From: Octopus bimaculoides
Taxonomy: Eukaryota
Assembly: GCF_001194135.2 (NCBI RefSeq)
Contig: NC_068988.1
Location: forward strand, 51,437,773 to 51,501,772
Length of the DNA stretch: 64,000 nucleotides
Direction of reading: 5' to 3'
Position 1 is the stretch's first letter. Each line of letters begins with the position of its first letter. This document shows positions 49,728-63,800 of the stretch, piece by piece. The notes under the pieces were generated by a model, which saw only the letters and a program-made list of their open reading frames with translations, did no database searches and had not been told where the DNA came from. The translations under genes were made by a program, and so were the position numbers.

Positions 49728-49973
49728 TGCAATCAGAATTGAACCATGCAATAACTACTGCAAATCATTGTTTGAAACTAAAAAAACTCATATCACATTT
49801 TGTAACATGTCAAAAATTTGCTTATATACTAAATTGTTAGTCATTGGCCTTCACATTCAAAAACATTCACACATGTTTATATTGTGTTTGTTTCTTTTTC
49901 TTTTCTTTTTTTTTCTTTTTTTCTCTAATGCCATGAAATAAAATTACATTTTTTATTCTGCTTCATTTACCAG

Positions 49974-50016
49974 GGTCAATCGCAGGTCTCGAGAATCCAC
50001 ATTACAAAATCGAAAA
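49974..50016 (+). CDS. RNF220: 43-nt internal coding exon of RNF220-like gene
   Basis: Acceptor ttttttattctgcttcatttaccag and donor AAA|gtaagt. Phase 2 to phase 0, which matches both neighbouring exons. Gives (R)VNRRSRESTLQNRK. CpG-rich relative to the surrounding intron. Confidence 0.82.
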
Positions 50017-53000
50017 GTAAGTGTTTTTTTCAAAACTTTCTTTCTTTACCATTTTTATAGATTAAATTTTTTTTTTGTAATTTTAGATTTTTTTTTTAAT
50101 GCTGAATATGTATTTTACACACACAAATATATGATGGTTGTCCACTCTTGTCCAAGGAAGACCACTGCTAACCATTATTAAGAACATTGTACACTCAGAC
50201 AAATTCATATTTTACACTTGTGGCTCTGCTGGTGACTAATGAGCCTAATTCTTTAACACATATATACACACACGTACATATATAGTGGCGGGGAGGGCAT
50301 ATAATTACTCCACTTTTTCAAATACTTCCCTCCACTTGGGCTTTTCTCTTGTCCCCTTTTTGTCTTCTTTCCTGTCTTGTAAGTTACTTGACAACCCCAC
50401 TAGTGCCTGTGGCCCAAAAAAAGCACCCAGTACACATTGTAAAGTGGTTGGCACTAGGTAGGGCATCCAACCATAGGAACCATGCCAAAGCTGACATGGA
50501 ACACAATGCATCCCTGTGGCTCACTGTATCCTGTCAAACCAAGGCCTATAAATTTCGACCCATACATCATTATTTGAGTGACCAGGTATCTTTGGATAAA
50601 ACTCCTACATAACCTTTGATTTGGTTACAGAAACCACTCATGGAAATAACAACTTCTCCAGTTGATTTTCCATTAATTCAATCTATCTTCATTTCATTTC
50701 TCATTGCTTTCCTCTCCTGCGGTAGATTACATAATACTGCTCACATATTCCCTATTGAATTGACTGTTGCTTTAGTTGTTGGTATTGCATTTGGTTATAT
50801 GCATGTTTGGATTACTCCTCATCCTTTGTTTAGGTTTTATATACATGTATGTACAACATGATTCTGAGTTTGGCAACCATCTTCTACTATAGCCCCAGAA
50901 CAATCAATGCCTTTTCAACAGATTTAGTTGACAGAAACTGAAAAAAGTTCATTCTGCATATGCATGTGTGTTAAATTTTTTTTTTTTTTAGGACCCCTTC
51001 AAGAAATTTACTGAGAAAAGGCATTGCTAACTAATTTTTTCTGTTCTGTAGTATGTGTGAATGAAGGTATATGTATGTGTGTGAATGTGTTTGTGTATGC
51101 TTGTCTCTCTTGGTCTTAACATCGTGTGACAGTTGTAAATGAGTGTCCCTGTCAAACAGTGTTATTCATTTCCAGTATTTTGGAAATAGATGAGGATTGG
51201 TGGCAGGAAAGGTATGCAGCCATAGAAACTTTACTTCGATAAATTCCAACCAACCCTTGCAAGCTTGTAAAAGTGGGCACTAAAATACACTGGTATATTA
51301 TAGTTCCTTTTTTGTCATCATTGTCTTTTTTAGTGTCTGTTTTTCTATGCTTACATGGGTTGGATGGCTCAACCCAAGCTGGCAAGCCAGAAGGCTGCAT
51401 CAGGCTTCACTGTCTGTCTTGGCGTGGTTTTTGTGGCTGGATGCCCTTCCTAACTGCATCATCTACAAAATGGACTGTCCTTTTTTTTTTTTTTTACATA
51501 GCACCAGCACTGGTGGGATCAGTTTTGGTGCTGGTGCCATGTAAAAAAATTTTTTAACATACACTGTTTTGGCTTTAGAAAAAATATTTAAAACACACAC
51601 ACACACACACACACACAATTTATGTATTATGTATCTCTCCTACATTTGAAATGCTACTGGGGTTAAAATTAACGGATTTTTTATCAAGCAATATGTGGTA
51701 CTTGTGCTCAGGTGAGAAATGATACCTGATTTGCACTATGAAGTTCCTTTCAATCTTTGTCTCCCACATTACTTACAGTGACTTGATCTAGGTAATGATT
51801 TAGGTTTGTTTTTTTTTTATTCCTTGAGCAGCAGATTTTTTTTTTTTTTACTTTGGGATGCTTGGTGCCTAGTTTGATATTCTCTATCTATAAGCTAGAT
51901 ACTTGCTTTGGTTCTTATAAGGCTGGTCACTTTCTGCTGTGCATGTATGTGTGTATCATCATCATCAGCATATATCTACTTTCCATGTTTGCATGATGGC
52001 TTCATACTGCACTCAGGATTTGTTTATTTGTTTGGTAAGTTTTTCCTTGCAAGCATGGGTTGGACAAATACATATTGAGGCATTATTTACAGCCGTATTC
52101 CTTTCCTGTCTCTAACCTTTACTTGTTTTTTTTTATTCCATTTGTCTTCAAAAGCACAGAGCTAGTGGATAATTTTGTTGTCAGGTAATGCCAAAAACTA
52201 CACCATTTTTAGCTCAGTGCTTTCATGTGACATGTAAAATGTAAGCCTTTGCCCTGACATATGACAGCTTCCATATGGTTTCCATGTATTATCTTCTGTG
52301 GCTCAGAAACTCACTAAGATGTACTCTTTGTATATTCATGTACATCAAGCATTGGCTTCAATGTGTGTGTGTGTGTATTATTTAGTTCTTCATATACTTA
52401 AACATGATTATTAAAGTGCTAAATAGATGTTTCAGTTATTTTCAATAATATTTAGAGACAGATTAAGTCAACAGCTTTTATATATTCTCATAATATTTGT
52501 ACCTCCTTCCAGTTATTACTCAAGTGAATTTGCCAAAATTAATTACCTACCTATCTGTGAAATTTTAATGTCATCTATCTACTTAATTGCTGTTTCTTTA
52601 GCATATGTCTAATTTTCTTTTTTCATCATCGTCATCGTCGTTATTATTATTATTAGTAGTAGTATTATTTTTGTGTTATCAGTTATTTGATTAGCAGCAG
52701 TTCAAACCATACTGTTTTCTATGTTCATTTTGTCACTTCTTAATATTTTCAGGATATTGAAAATCGTTGAATAGTCTTCTGTGAATGTGATATTTCTTAA
52801 GTTCTAGCCAACATTTGTGTATATGGTGGTGGTGATGGGGGATGGTTTAGCTTCTTTGTTCTCTTCTTGCTCTGGCCATCTATTTTTATTTCTTTTTCTT
52901 TTTTTGGGGGGGGTTGTTTTTCCTCTTTTACTTGTTCCTTGTCCTTTTCTTACTTTATTATCGTTTTGATTATCATTTTATGTAATGAAGATATCAAGTT

Positions 53001-54018
53001 GATCAAAACAATATTTGGCTGATTGAATATTTTCCTTCGCATTCAATTTTTGACAGGGTCAGTTATGACTTTTCATTTCCCCTGCGGCACTACTATACAT
53101 ACCAGTATAAAAATAATGATAGGTTTGTTAATAGCAACTACACTTTCCCTCTCGTCATCATAAAAATTATTATTAAAAGTTGTAATGCTTAATGTTGCTC
53201 TTCACCAAGCATAAGTCTTTGTAATGTAATGAATATATTTGTTTTTAATATATGGAACAGTTAGTTTTAAACAGTGTTAATGTACATTAGTAGGACCACC
53301 AAAATGTGTGATTTGATATTGGGAGCAGGAGGATTGGAGAGCTGTTTTCTATTTGGTTTGAACATTTATAGCTATTATTGATATGTTACAGTGACACAAG
53401 GCAATAATCAATAAAATCAACTCCAGTACAAGACTCCTATGTATTTTACCAACCTTGGATGATGAAGGCAAAGTTGACCTCCATTATAAAGGGATATGAC
53501 TTGCATTTTGCTGGACTCTCTTGATTCTGCCATCCACCACCATCCTCACAGGGCCTTCAAATTTGTTGTAGAGAGATGTTGAAGGGTACATGGCTGGTAA
53601 TTATTTTGTCAATTCTGCTAGAATATGAAAGCAAAAATCCTGTCCCTAGTTGAAGCTGAATTGAGAACAAAAAAAAAAATGTAACTAGATACTGGAATAG
53701 CACTCTGCTATTTTTGTCATTCCACTGCTGTTATTGATAACTGCTACTGAGGTGAAGTAAAATATTTTATTGATGTCATATGGTAATATCATTGATTATC
53801 ACATGGATTTATTAGATATGAATAGATGATGTACAGCAGCTAGTTGATGAAATATGCCTGAAGCAATGGTTTTTTTAGATCTCTCGTCTGAAGATATCTT
53901 GGTGCACCGCTTCCTATTGCGGTGATCCGTAAGACATAGTTTCTCTGTCTCACCCACTTGTCTTGGAGAACAACTACAAAAGGTCATAAATACTGCCTTG
54001 TCTCCTCATATCAATTCA

Positions 54019-54213
54019 TTAACCCTTTTGATCAAGCTTCTTGTTTTCAAGTAACCAAAATTTTAAAATTCCATTGAAATTTCATGTTAATTTATGACCT
54101 AAGCCCCATCATAATAATGACAAAGCTATTTTTACCAAATACTTCATTATTGTAGAAATTAATAGAGCTAAAAGCAGTGCATTTCCACAGAAATTTGTTA
54201 ACAAAAGGGGTAA
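54019..54213. mobile_element. Second piggyBac-like MITE family
   Basis: ttaacccttt ... aaaggggtaa ends. A related decayed copy lies at about 22642-22857. Confidence 0.55.
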
Positions 54214-57200
54214 TGAGAGAATAAGTTCAAACTCTGTTCAAAATATATTATATCTCTTGATGAAGGATATTATTTATTGAGTCTCAGAATAGATAGTCGT
54301 CTTAGTTTACAATCTAGTGTTATTGCTATTTGGGAATACAAAACAGATGTCTAAATCTTTATTATCTGCTTTAGAGAATTACTATTAGTGGAAAGACTTC
54401 ATGTAAGAGAATTCAGAAACTCTCCTGGGGGAATTTGTCCATTTTGATAACTCTTTAGTGCTTAGAATATTTTCATGGTAGTGTCATAATATTGCTACAA
54501 CAAATAGAAGACCAGAAAAACAATAAGAAATTATTGACTTCAATTGAAGTCACATAAGTCACTATTTAATAGCTAGAAATTGTTGCTGTTTAGTCTAGTG
54601 GAGAGAACTAGTTCCTATTACTTGTATACTAGATTCTGTTGTTGTCAATGTAGTTTAATTTTCAGACTGAATTTCTGTAAGTGTTTGTAAGTAGGGCAAG
54701 AAGATTCCCTGCTCCTAGTGAGTTACCACCATCACCATCATCATCATCATCATTTAATATCTGTTTTCCATGCTGGCATGGGTTGGATATTTTGTTGGGA
54801 TCTGGTGAGCTGCAGTACTGTCTCAAGCTCCAATGCCAGCATTGGCATGATTTCTGTGGTTGGATGCCCTTCCTAACATTGATCGCTCTACAGTGTGTAC
54901 TGGGTGCTTTTTCATACCATTGGCACTAGTGAGGTCACTGAGTAGCTTGCAAGATGGGAAAAGAACAGGAAAATGTACCCCTACCCTAAGTGATGGTGCA
55001 GAACGTGATTTTATGTCAGGTGTAGAGAAGTTTAAGTATGACAGAAGGACAAGCACAGATGTCTTGCTGTTGAGAAGATACTTGGCTACTCTGCATTATA
55101 TAAAGGTGGGAGTAGCTGGAAAGAAAATAAGCATGATAGTGATGGGGTGCCAGAACAAACTCTTAAACTATAAGCATGAAGCACTGGACAAAGTATTTAG
55201 TATGGCACCTAAGGAATGAGGTATTAGTATTGGATGGAAGTGATGGAGGGGGTTCGCTTACTAATTCACTAAGCGGGCACTTCTTTAATACCTGCTCAAG
55301 CACATAGTATGAGTGTGCTAGTGGTTGGATCTCCCCCCACCCTCAATCAAGATGCAGGTTTTCATTTTTTTTTTTTTTTTTTTTTTTTTTTCAAGGGACC
55401 CCTTGTTTTCAGAATATTTGTGTATCAGCTCCACTGTGAGCAATATATTAACATCGACCACAGTTGTTCTTCAAGTAGAGTCAGCAACAGTTCAGAGTTG
55501 AAGTATTTTCTGTCCTTGAAGGAACAACTTAGCCTCCAGCAATGGACAAGTAACATTTTAAATGTTTTTAATCACAAATGAAATGAAAGAAAACAAATAC
55601 TGATGATAAACATATTCAGAATGAAACAATTGATTTATGCTTCTTTTACTAATGTCAATAGATGGCTAAGATCACTTAAAGCAAACTTAAATTGTTCACT
55701 TGATGAGAGTATAATGTTTCTGTATGTCACTAGTTTCTGTTTAAACACAAAGCTATTTTCTCACCATCTTTCTCTCACCTCTCCCTTACACACATGAAGT
55801 AGATAAAGTAAGAGTCAGAAGATGTCATGGGAGGAATTTTTGGCTCAGATAAATGCACTGTTATTTGATGCTGTTAATTTAAGGAGGCTTTTACTAGCTA
55901 TCATCTAAAGAGCAAGGTGAGTGATAGATGAGCTTGAAATATCTGAATAAATATGAAACTCTTCAATGAAAATGTATTGCTGTGTGTCCTGGTAATTAAT
56001 AACTGTTTTAGCATCCTTTCTTTTTCTTCTTCTCCATGTTGGCGTAGGTTGGAAAGGTCTGCCAGAAAGCACATTGTCACTTGTCTCAACCTTTTATGGT
56101 TTTTATAAGCTTACTGGATGCTTTTTTGTGGCACCAGCACCTGTGCAATCACCAAGAAACTCGTAAGACAAGACCCCTCAACTGCTACCTGCTCTGTTAT
56201 TTTCTTTTGACAGCAAATGCTACTTTTTCATCCAACAATAATCTATCAGTCTCATCACATGACTACTAGCACAGTCTTGTCTCTCTCTTTCTCTCTTTGT
56301 ACATCACCTGATACCGTCACTGTCCATTCTAGTGTCTCAATTCACTTGTGTTCCACTTAACATCAAGTTATATCCTGTAATGATAAATTGATTAGAAAAC
56401 TATTTATGAAGAACAGCTGACCGTCTGTCATTGAAATTATTCTTTGAAGGTATAAAAGCTGTTAAGATCATTAAAAACAAGTAACTCAGCAAGTTCTATG
56501 TGAGAACAACTTCTTCAAACATCACCTTTACTGTTTTTTTAATATCTTAGTCATAGGAGGAGGAGCAGCTCCTGCACACTGGTGTATGGAAACCACTGCT
56601 TTTCAATGCATTGCTAAATATTTTTTATTCCTATTTTCCGTAATGGCTTGGTCTGGAGAGAAAGGGCAGCACCATTACATTTTCCAAAGGAACTGAGATT
56701 GGTAGGAGGCAAAGAGGAAGTTATTTTCAAACTGGAACTTGGGCTCATATTCTTGCAACACTGAAGACTTGACTTAACATCTAAAGAGCAGGTGGCTATG
56801 TTAAACTGGGAGACACACCAACACCTGTTGACAAGTGGGCATCAAACAAATGCACGTGCACACACATAAACACGCACACACATGCATAGGTTTCTTTCAG
56901 TTTCTGTACCAAATACATTCACAAGGCTTTGTTTGGCCTGAAACTATAGTAGAACACGTTTGTCCAAGGTGCCACATGGTGGAACTGAACTGAGAACCAT
57001 GTCATCTAGAAGCAAACTTCTTACATTACAATACCTGCACCTATGTATATGCCTTTTTCTTTTTTTTTTCTTTTTTTTTTTTGTTTGAGATTATGTGATT
57101 TTAGAAATCAAAATTTTGTTTTCCCTGCATGAAGTAGGTATTTATACCTGAGTATCCTTACTAACATTACCACCAAATCATGGAGTAAGGATGACCATTA

Positions 57201-58214
57201 TTTTTAACTAGTTTTATTTAGCTGTGAGATCTGCTTTGACTAATGTCACAATATAGTTCCACACTAAAAAATACTCAATCATTATACTTTTTATAGACAT
57301 AAGTATTTATATACATGTATGTATATATCAATTTGAATATATTTGTGTGTTTTTTCAAATGGCTGTATGTAATGTGTATTACATGTTTGCCTCTGTTATG
57401 TATATTTAATGGCTTTCTTTATAATGTATATACATTTAATGACTATTATGATGTATTTATATTTAATGTAAGTTTTTGTTTTGTGTGTGTATATTGTTTG
57501 TTGCAATGACTATTGAAGGACTGTCTCTAATGTATGTCTGACTGTGTTAGATGTTTAATAGCTGTCAATATAAGTCGTCACTGCTGTGATCATCTCCCTA
57601 AAGCACTTGTTACTAGTTAATCATTCTAGATAGATGTGATATTGTTTCAGCAGTTGTCAGTAATGGGATGTTAGTTAATGCTTCCCGTAATAATATGGTA
57701 TTTAATGTCCATCTTTATTTTGTCAGTTTAATACATCATTTAGCTTTAAGTAGTTGCTACCTTATATAGCATATTAACTGCTTCTCAGGGCTTTTAGTTG
57801 AAATACATATTTATCTAGTCATCCAGTGGAAGTGTTGCTACTCCTCTATAACATTATAAATATATTTTAATATAGCAGTATAAATTTATCACACTATTAA
57901 CCACTTTCCTTGTATGTTTCTGTCAATATTATGCTTCAGATAGACCAATTGAAAAACTTGTTCTAAATAGAAATGCATAAGATGAGGTTCAATGAATCTA
58001 TTCTGCTCTAGAAATAACAAGTATAAAGATGTTAAAGTTTTAATATATTTATGATCAATTTTTGTTCATCACTCCTTTGTTTCTCTTTTTTTCTTTTTGT
58101 CATAAATACTATTTTCTTTCACTTTTTCAGAATCTTATATNNNNNNNNNNCATCACTCCTTTGTTTCTCTTTTTTTCTTTTTGTCATAAATATTATTTTC
58201 TTTCACTTTTTCAG

Positions 58215-58295
58215 AATCTTATATGCCAAAATCCATTGGGTCGAAAAGGCAAAGACTCTCCTACTATAGAAGCAGCTTCCCAGCAGAGATATGAG
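58215..58295 (+). CDS. RNF220: 81-nt internal coding exon of RNF220-like gene
   Basis: Acceptor ttttctttcactttttcag and donor GAG|gtatct. Phase 0 to phase 0. Encodes NLICQNPLGRKGKDSPTIEAASQQRYE, resembling the RNF220 region that ends ...RYQ just before TFLRVRANR. I did not find the next exon in the window. Confidence 0.82.
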
Positions 58296-58320
58296 GTATC
58301 TATAAAGATAAACTGATAGA

Positions 58321-58514
58321 TACCATATTTGAAGGCATAAAAGACACACCCCAATTTCAGGAACACATATTCAGGGGAGAAAAAAGTTTTTAGTGCATTA
58401 AAAGCTTGTAATGCAGTCCCAATTTTGCATACAGGACCAGGGGTGACTTTTATTTCTCTTTGAGACATTTTCTTGGGGGTTGAAATGTGTTTTTTTATGC
58501 CATTAAATGTGGTA
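58321..58514. mobile_element. Tc1/pogo-type MITE, same family as 224-417
   Basis: Shared interior acacaccccaatttcag...aaagtttttagtgcattaaa and TA-bounded TIRs. Starts 25 nt downstream of the 58295 donor. Confidence 0.65.
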
Positions 58515-60435
58515 GTTCTTATACTATCCAGTGTTATTACTTAAATGTTATATTTTCCTATTCAATTTTTTTTTTCTTCTGTTTAAGGTTTGGAGAGTTC
58601 TGTAAATTTTAATATTTTCTTTATATTGTTGAAGCAAGTATTTCTTTCTTATATTTAAATGTATCAGTATATATATTCTTTTATTCTTTTCAGCCTTAAG
58701 CCTAGGCTGTGGCCATGCTAAGGCACTGTATGTGTATGTGTGTGTGTGTATATATCGATATATATATATATGTATGTATGTATGTATAGGTGCAGGAGTG
58801 GCTGTGTGGTAAGTAGTTTGCTTACCAACCATATGGTTCTGGGTTCAGTCCCACTGTGTGGCACCTCGAGCAACTGTCTTCTACTATAGCTATTCTACTA
58901 TAGAAATTGAAAGAAGACCGTCGTATATATATATATATATATATATATATATNNNNNNNNNNNNNNNNNNNNNNNNNNNNNNNNNNNNNNNNNNNNNNNN
59001 NNNNNNNNNNNNNNNNNNNNNNNNNNNNNNNNNNNNNNNNNNNNNNNNNNNNNNNNNNNNNNNNNNNNNNNNNNNNNNNNNNNNNNNNNNNNNNNNNNNN
59101 NNNNNNNNNNNNNNNNNNNNNNNNNNNNNNNNNNNNNNNNNNNNNNNNNNNNNNNNNNNNNNNNNNNNNNNNNNNNNNNNNNNNNNNNNNNNNNNNNNNN
59201 NNNNNNNNNNNNNNNNNNNNNNNNNNNNNNNNNNNNNNNNNNNNNNNNNNNNNNNNNNNNNNNNNNNNNNNNNNNNNNNNNNNNNNNNNNNNNNNNNNNN
59301 NNNNNNNNNNNNNNNNNNNNNNNNNNNNNNNNNNNNNNNNNNNNNNNNNNNNNNNNNNTCCCCCCAACATTGCTTGACAACCGATGCTGGTGTGTTTACA
59401 TCCCCGTAACTTAGTGGTTCAGCCAAAGCGAACAATAGAATAAGTACCAGGCATACAAAAGAATAAGTCCTGGAGTCGATTTGCTCGACTAAAGGCAGTG
59501 CTCCAGCATGGCCATAGTCAAATGACTGAAACAAATAAAAGAATATATATATATCTATCTATATATATATATATATATGTATATATGAAAAGATCAAGTT
59601 AAATAAAGGACTTGTTGAGATTAGTTCAGGCCATGTAAGACTGTACAAAAAGGTTTACCAAGGCCAAAACTGAATTCAATAAAAACAAATGCATATATGT
59701 TTCCCTATCAAGGCCCTTTTCATGTCCACCTCATAGAAAATTTTATAACTTGATTGACACCACTGATAACTGGGTTTTTATTGCACAACAGTAGAAGTCT
59801 AAAACTTGTAAGTGTGAGCTAAAAATTAGCACATCAAAGAATTAAATACCTTTATTTTTAACGGGGACATGAAGTTTGATAGTATCTAAGACATGGCCTT
59901 CTTTGTATGTAATGAAGGGGTTTGTGAGAATTCACTTCTATAACGTTACTGTAAACAATTAGTTAAAAATCCGCTTAACAGGATGTTGGCAGACTAGTAT
60001 GAAATAAAAATCTGAAGAGTGCAAGATATATTAAGAGTACATAATGATAGTATATTTAACTATGGACTGCTTAGGGCTTCATTAGGAGTCGTGTGTATGT
60101 GTGTGTAATATTACATTCTGCTTATATTGGTAATATGATTAGTGCTAAAAAAGAAAGTATGGAGACTAGGGTATGAATAGGGTCGATATTGTTCAGAGAG
60201 TTGTTATCCACGATGGATTTTTCTCTTTGTACAAATGGTATTCTGTCTGAGATGTAAGAGCAAGTATGGCTTTGTGTGGCGGTGGAATGAGGTTGTTGAG
60301 TAGAATTATAGTCATTGTAAAGGAAATTGTAATTGGCATGACCAGGCATCTGATTTAAGTATGGTCAATAATTTTAGATTGAGAAGGGGAAAGACTGAAT
60401 ATTTTATCCAGTTTACATTTATATATATATACATG

Positions 60436-60828
60436 CGTGGAGGCGCAATGGCTCAGTGGTTATTGCAGCAGACTCACGGTCATAGGATCACGGTTTCGAT
60501 TCCCAGACCGGGCGTTGTGAGTGTTTATTGAGCGAAAACACCTAAAAGCTCCACGAGGCTCCGGCAGGGGATGGTGGCAAACCCTGCTGTACTTTCACCA
60601 CAACTTTCTCTCACTCTTACTTCCTGTTTCCGTTGTGCCTGTAATTCAAAGGGTCAGCCTTGTCACACTGTGTCACGCTGAATATCCCCGAGAACTACGT
60701 TAAGGGTACACATGTCTGTGGAATGCCCAGCCACTTGCACGTTAATTTCACGAGCAGGCTGTTCCGCTGATCGGATCAACTGGAACCCTCGACGTTGTAA
60801 GCGACGGAGTGCCAACAACAATAACAAC
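60436..60828 (+). mobile_element. Young full-length SINE family D with (AAC)n tail and TSD
   Basis: TSD atatatacatg at 60425-60435 and 60829-60839. tRNA-like head. Near-identical to the reverse complement of 20086-20447. Confidence 0.9.
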
Positions 60829-63800
60829 ATATATACATGTATCCATACACATCTACACACTCTTTATGCAGACTGTTTAAGATTAGTTTTCAATTAAAAA
60901 TACTATTTTACTACAATATTTAAAAAGTCAACTTGTGATGATAGTGTTGTTGCTTAGCCCCTGATCGGCCCTAATCCAGTATACTTGTGATCACGGTGGG
61001 GACATTTTTTTTTTCCTGGCACATGTCCAATATTTTCTCTGTTTTCAAACACCTCATCATGGAATGAAGGAGATTTGGTAGCTATTTCTAGCAAGTTGAG
61101 TAAACGCAGAGGCACCCAGTGTCGGCATTAATATGCATGCTTGAGTGTAATCATGAATAGCTTATTAATTAACTCTAGATTTGTCAATATTTCTTAACTA
61201 GATGTATCTTGTTTTACCATGGGGTCCCCTATACAAAATGTTACTCTTTAACTGGTTGAAATTAGGGATCATTTTTACCCAGGTGGTTGATGTGATCAAC
61301 AAGGCATCTCGCTACAAAATATTTGCCTCAAAAGTTCCTGTGAAAATATCCTAATTCTTAGACTCATGCTAGCATAGAACAATAGATGTTTCAAAAAAAA
61401 AACTTCTTTTTTTAATCTTTACAAGAGGATCTACCTCTCATTTATTGTTCTGCTTTTCTCATGAACCATCTGTTGATAGTCTACAGGCAACTAATTTTAT
61501 TATTTAAGCTGGTCCGGCAAAGGCTTGCTAATTATTCCAGCCAACATTAATATTCTTCTGGCTTTATTTTCTTTCTTTCTCTCCTAAACAACTTAACCAA
61601 ATTTAGTTTACCATTTACATGTCTTTTATCTTAGGTAAGTATTATATTATGGAGACGCCTTTTATCATTAGTGTATCAGAACAACCAGATTTGTCGGCAA
61701 ATGTTTATCAAACGGTGTGTTATCGAGGGCGACATGTTCAATTGTAAAGTATCTATCATTTACAGTTAGCTAAAATACTTTCATCCGTGCTTCACTAGAC
61801 ATTGTGAAACCACTGTGTGATTTACCCCATTTTATTGGTCTGTCTTTTACAGTTGTCAATGTTTCCACTAAAGACGCTTTCAAGGTGAAATTCTATTAAA
61901 TGGGTTTGTGTGTGTGTGTAGTCCGGTGGAAGGAGGTGGGTGATTTACAATTCCAGCAACTGTGGCGGCATTTACCTAAAGAATGACACAAACATCAAAT
62001 TATATTACTTAGGTTTCCCTTTTCATCTTATGTATGTACGCATGCATACACCCAAACACACACACACACACACACATATGTATATATTCTGTTTAGGTTG
62101 TTGGACAAAATATATTACAGTTACAGTAAGTGATGTGAAGAGTACAATATGAAAAATTTTGTTTGTTTGTTTGGGTTTTTTTGAGGGATGGGGGGACTTT
62201 CGTTTTCATATTCTGTATAATCTGTATTGTGTGTGTGTGTGACTGAAGCTGGACCTCATACATATTCAGTCTATGGTATGTAGGCATTATTGCTTCAGTG
62301 TTTTATTTATTTCTCTACGTAGAGAAATATTTTGCTTTCCATTCTCTGTTTTAGTAAGGATTAAATGCTCTGAAAATTTGCATATAAATTATTGGAGGAG
62401 TTATTTTTACAGTTAGGTGTATGTTTTAACTGTAATATAGGGATGGGTATTGATGTGTGAAGTTTAAGCAATCAAAGTACCTTCTACAAAACTGAAGTAA
62501 ATATTAAGCTACTCTCTGTAAAATTACCAACAGATTCATCCTTAACTTCTACTGATTTTATTTTTATCCTTGATAATTTGCAGTCATAAGGGGACAGGAT
62601 TGGTTACTGTCAATGTATTCTGGTGTTTAGTTTAAAAAAACAGACAGTATGAGATGAGGGGATACATGGAAAGGAAACAGTTACAGAATGATTCATACTT
62701 TAAGATACAAATGGACAATCTTTTGTGAGGATGTATGCTGAAACTGTTGATAACTCTAAGAAAATAAATTTCCTTGCAAACCATAGTAATTATAGTGTTT
62801 TAAAACTTGCGGAGATCATAAAATTATGATTTTTCAGATTTTCAACTTATTTTCAGGAATGAAACATTTTTTAATAAATAGATTCAGACATGGTTGAGTG
62901 GTTAAGAAGTTCACCTCACAACCTTGGACAGTTGTCTTGTGGGTGAATTTGATAGATAGAAATAGCAAGCCCACCATGCATATTTGTGTTTGTGCCTGCA
63001 AACATATGTGAATGTCAATATGCCATGGCTTCATTTGTCACTGTTTCAGTAAAACTGATGTGATGTTAACATTCTTTGTAGCCTTTACAACTGGTCACTC
63101 TGCACTTTAAAAGACGTGGAATAAAAATAAAATCCCTGTCTCCTCTCAAAAAACAAGTAATGGTTGGTCCAGTAATCCTGCCTCATGTTGCCACCCAACC
63201 CATTCTAGCTCAGGAAAATGAGCATTAAATTAATGAGCAAACATTTCTACTATATATCAATGTTTTAATCTCTGATCACCATTGTTTGTGTTATACAAAC
63301 TGAAGTTGTGCTGATAGCTTTTATTAAATTATGGTTGATAAAGCTCTATACTGATTCTAGTACAATTATTATAATTTTCATGTTATTCAGTTTGACGCAT
63401 AAGTTACAACCCCGAATGATGATGATAGAAACATTGAATGTGAATATTAAAAAATGTTTCATCTCTAAAGATGAGATTAATAGTCCAAAAAATTATAATC
63501 TTACAAGCCACTTAGCATCTCAAGTATTGAGAGATAATATTTATTGTATCTTACAACTTTCTCTAAAAGAAACCTGGAACTAAATAGGATAGTTTTAGGA
63601 ATGTTGTCAGTAACCTTTAGCAGTTCACAAGAAGTTAAGTTTAATGAATTAGAAGTAATAATAATGATGGAGACATTGTTTATTTCAGTATATTCCTTGT
63701 TTGTTCATTATAAAAATATAACATAGAAGTAAAACATTGGTTTAGATGAGCACCTCTGTCAATTATCTACATAGATTTTTTTTTAACTGCTTCTTTACCA

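Noticed and set aside
58067-58224. 74-bp direct repeat duplicating the acceptor and first bases of the 58215 exon
   Set aside because: The copies flank a 10-N gap and differ by one base, which is typical of unmerged overlapping contig ends or haplotypes. It is an assembly artefact, though it could mislead annotation.
60436-60520. tRNA-like sequences (also 20390-20447, 58789-58860, 10830-10895)
   Set aside because: These are SINE heads with A/B boxes that continue into SINE bodies with tails and TSDs. No complete cloverleaf was seen.
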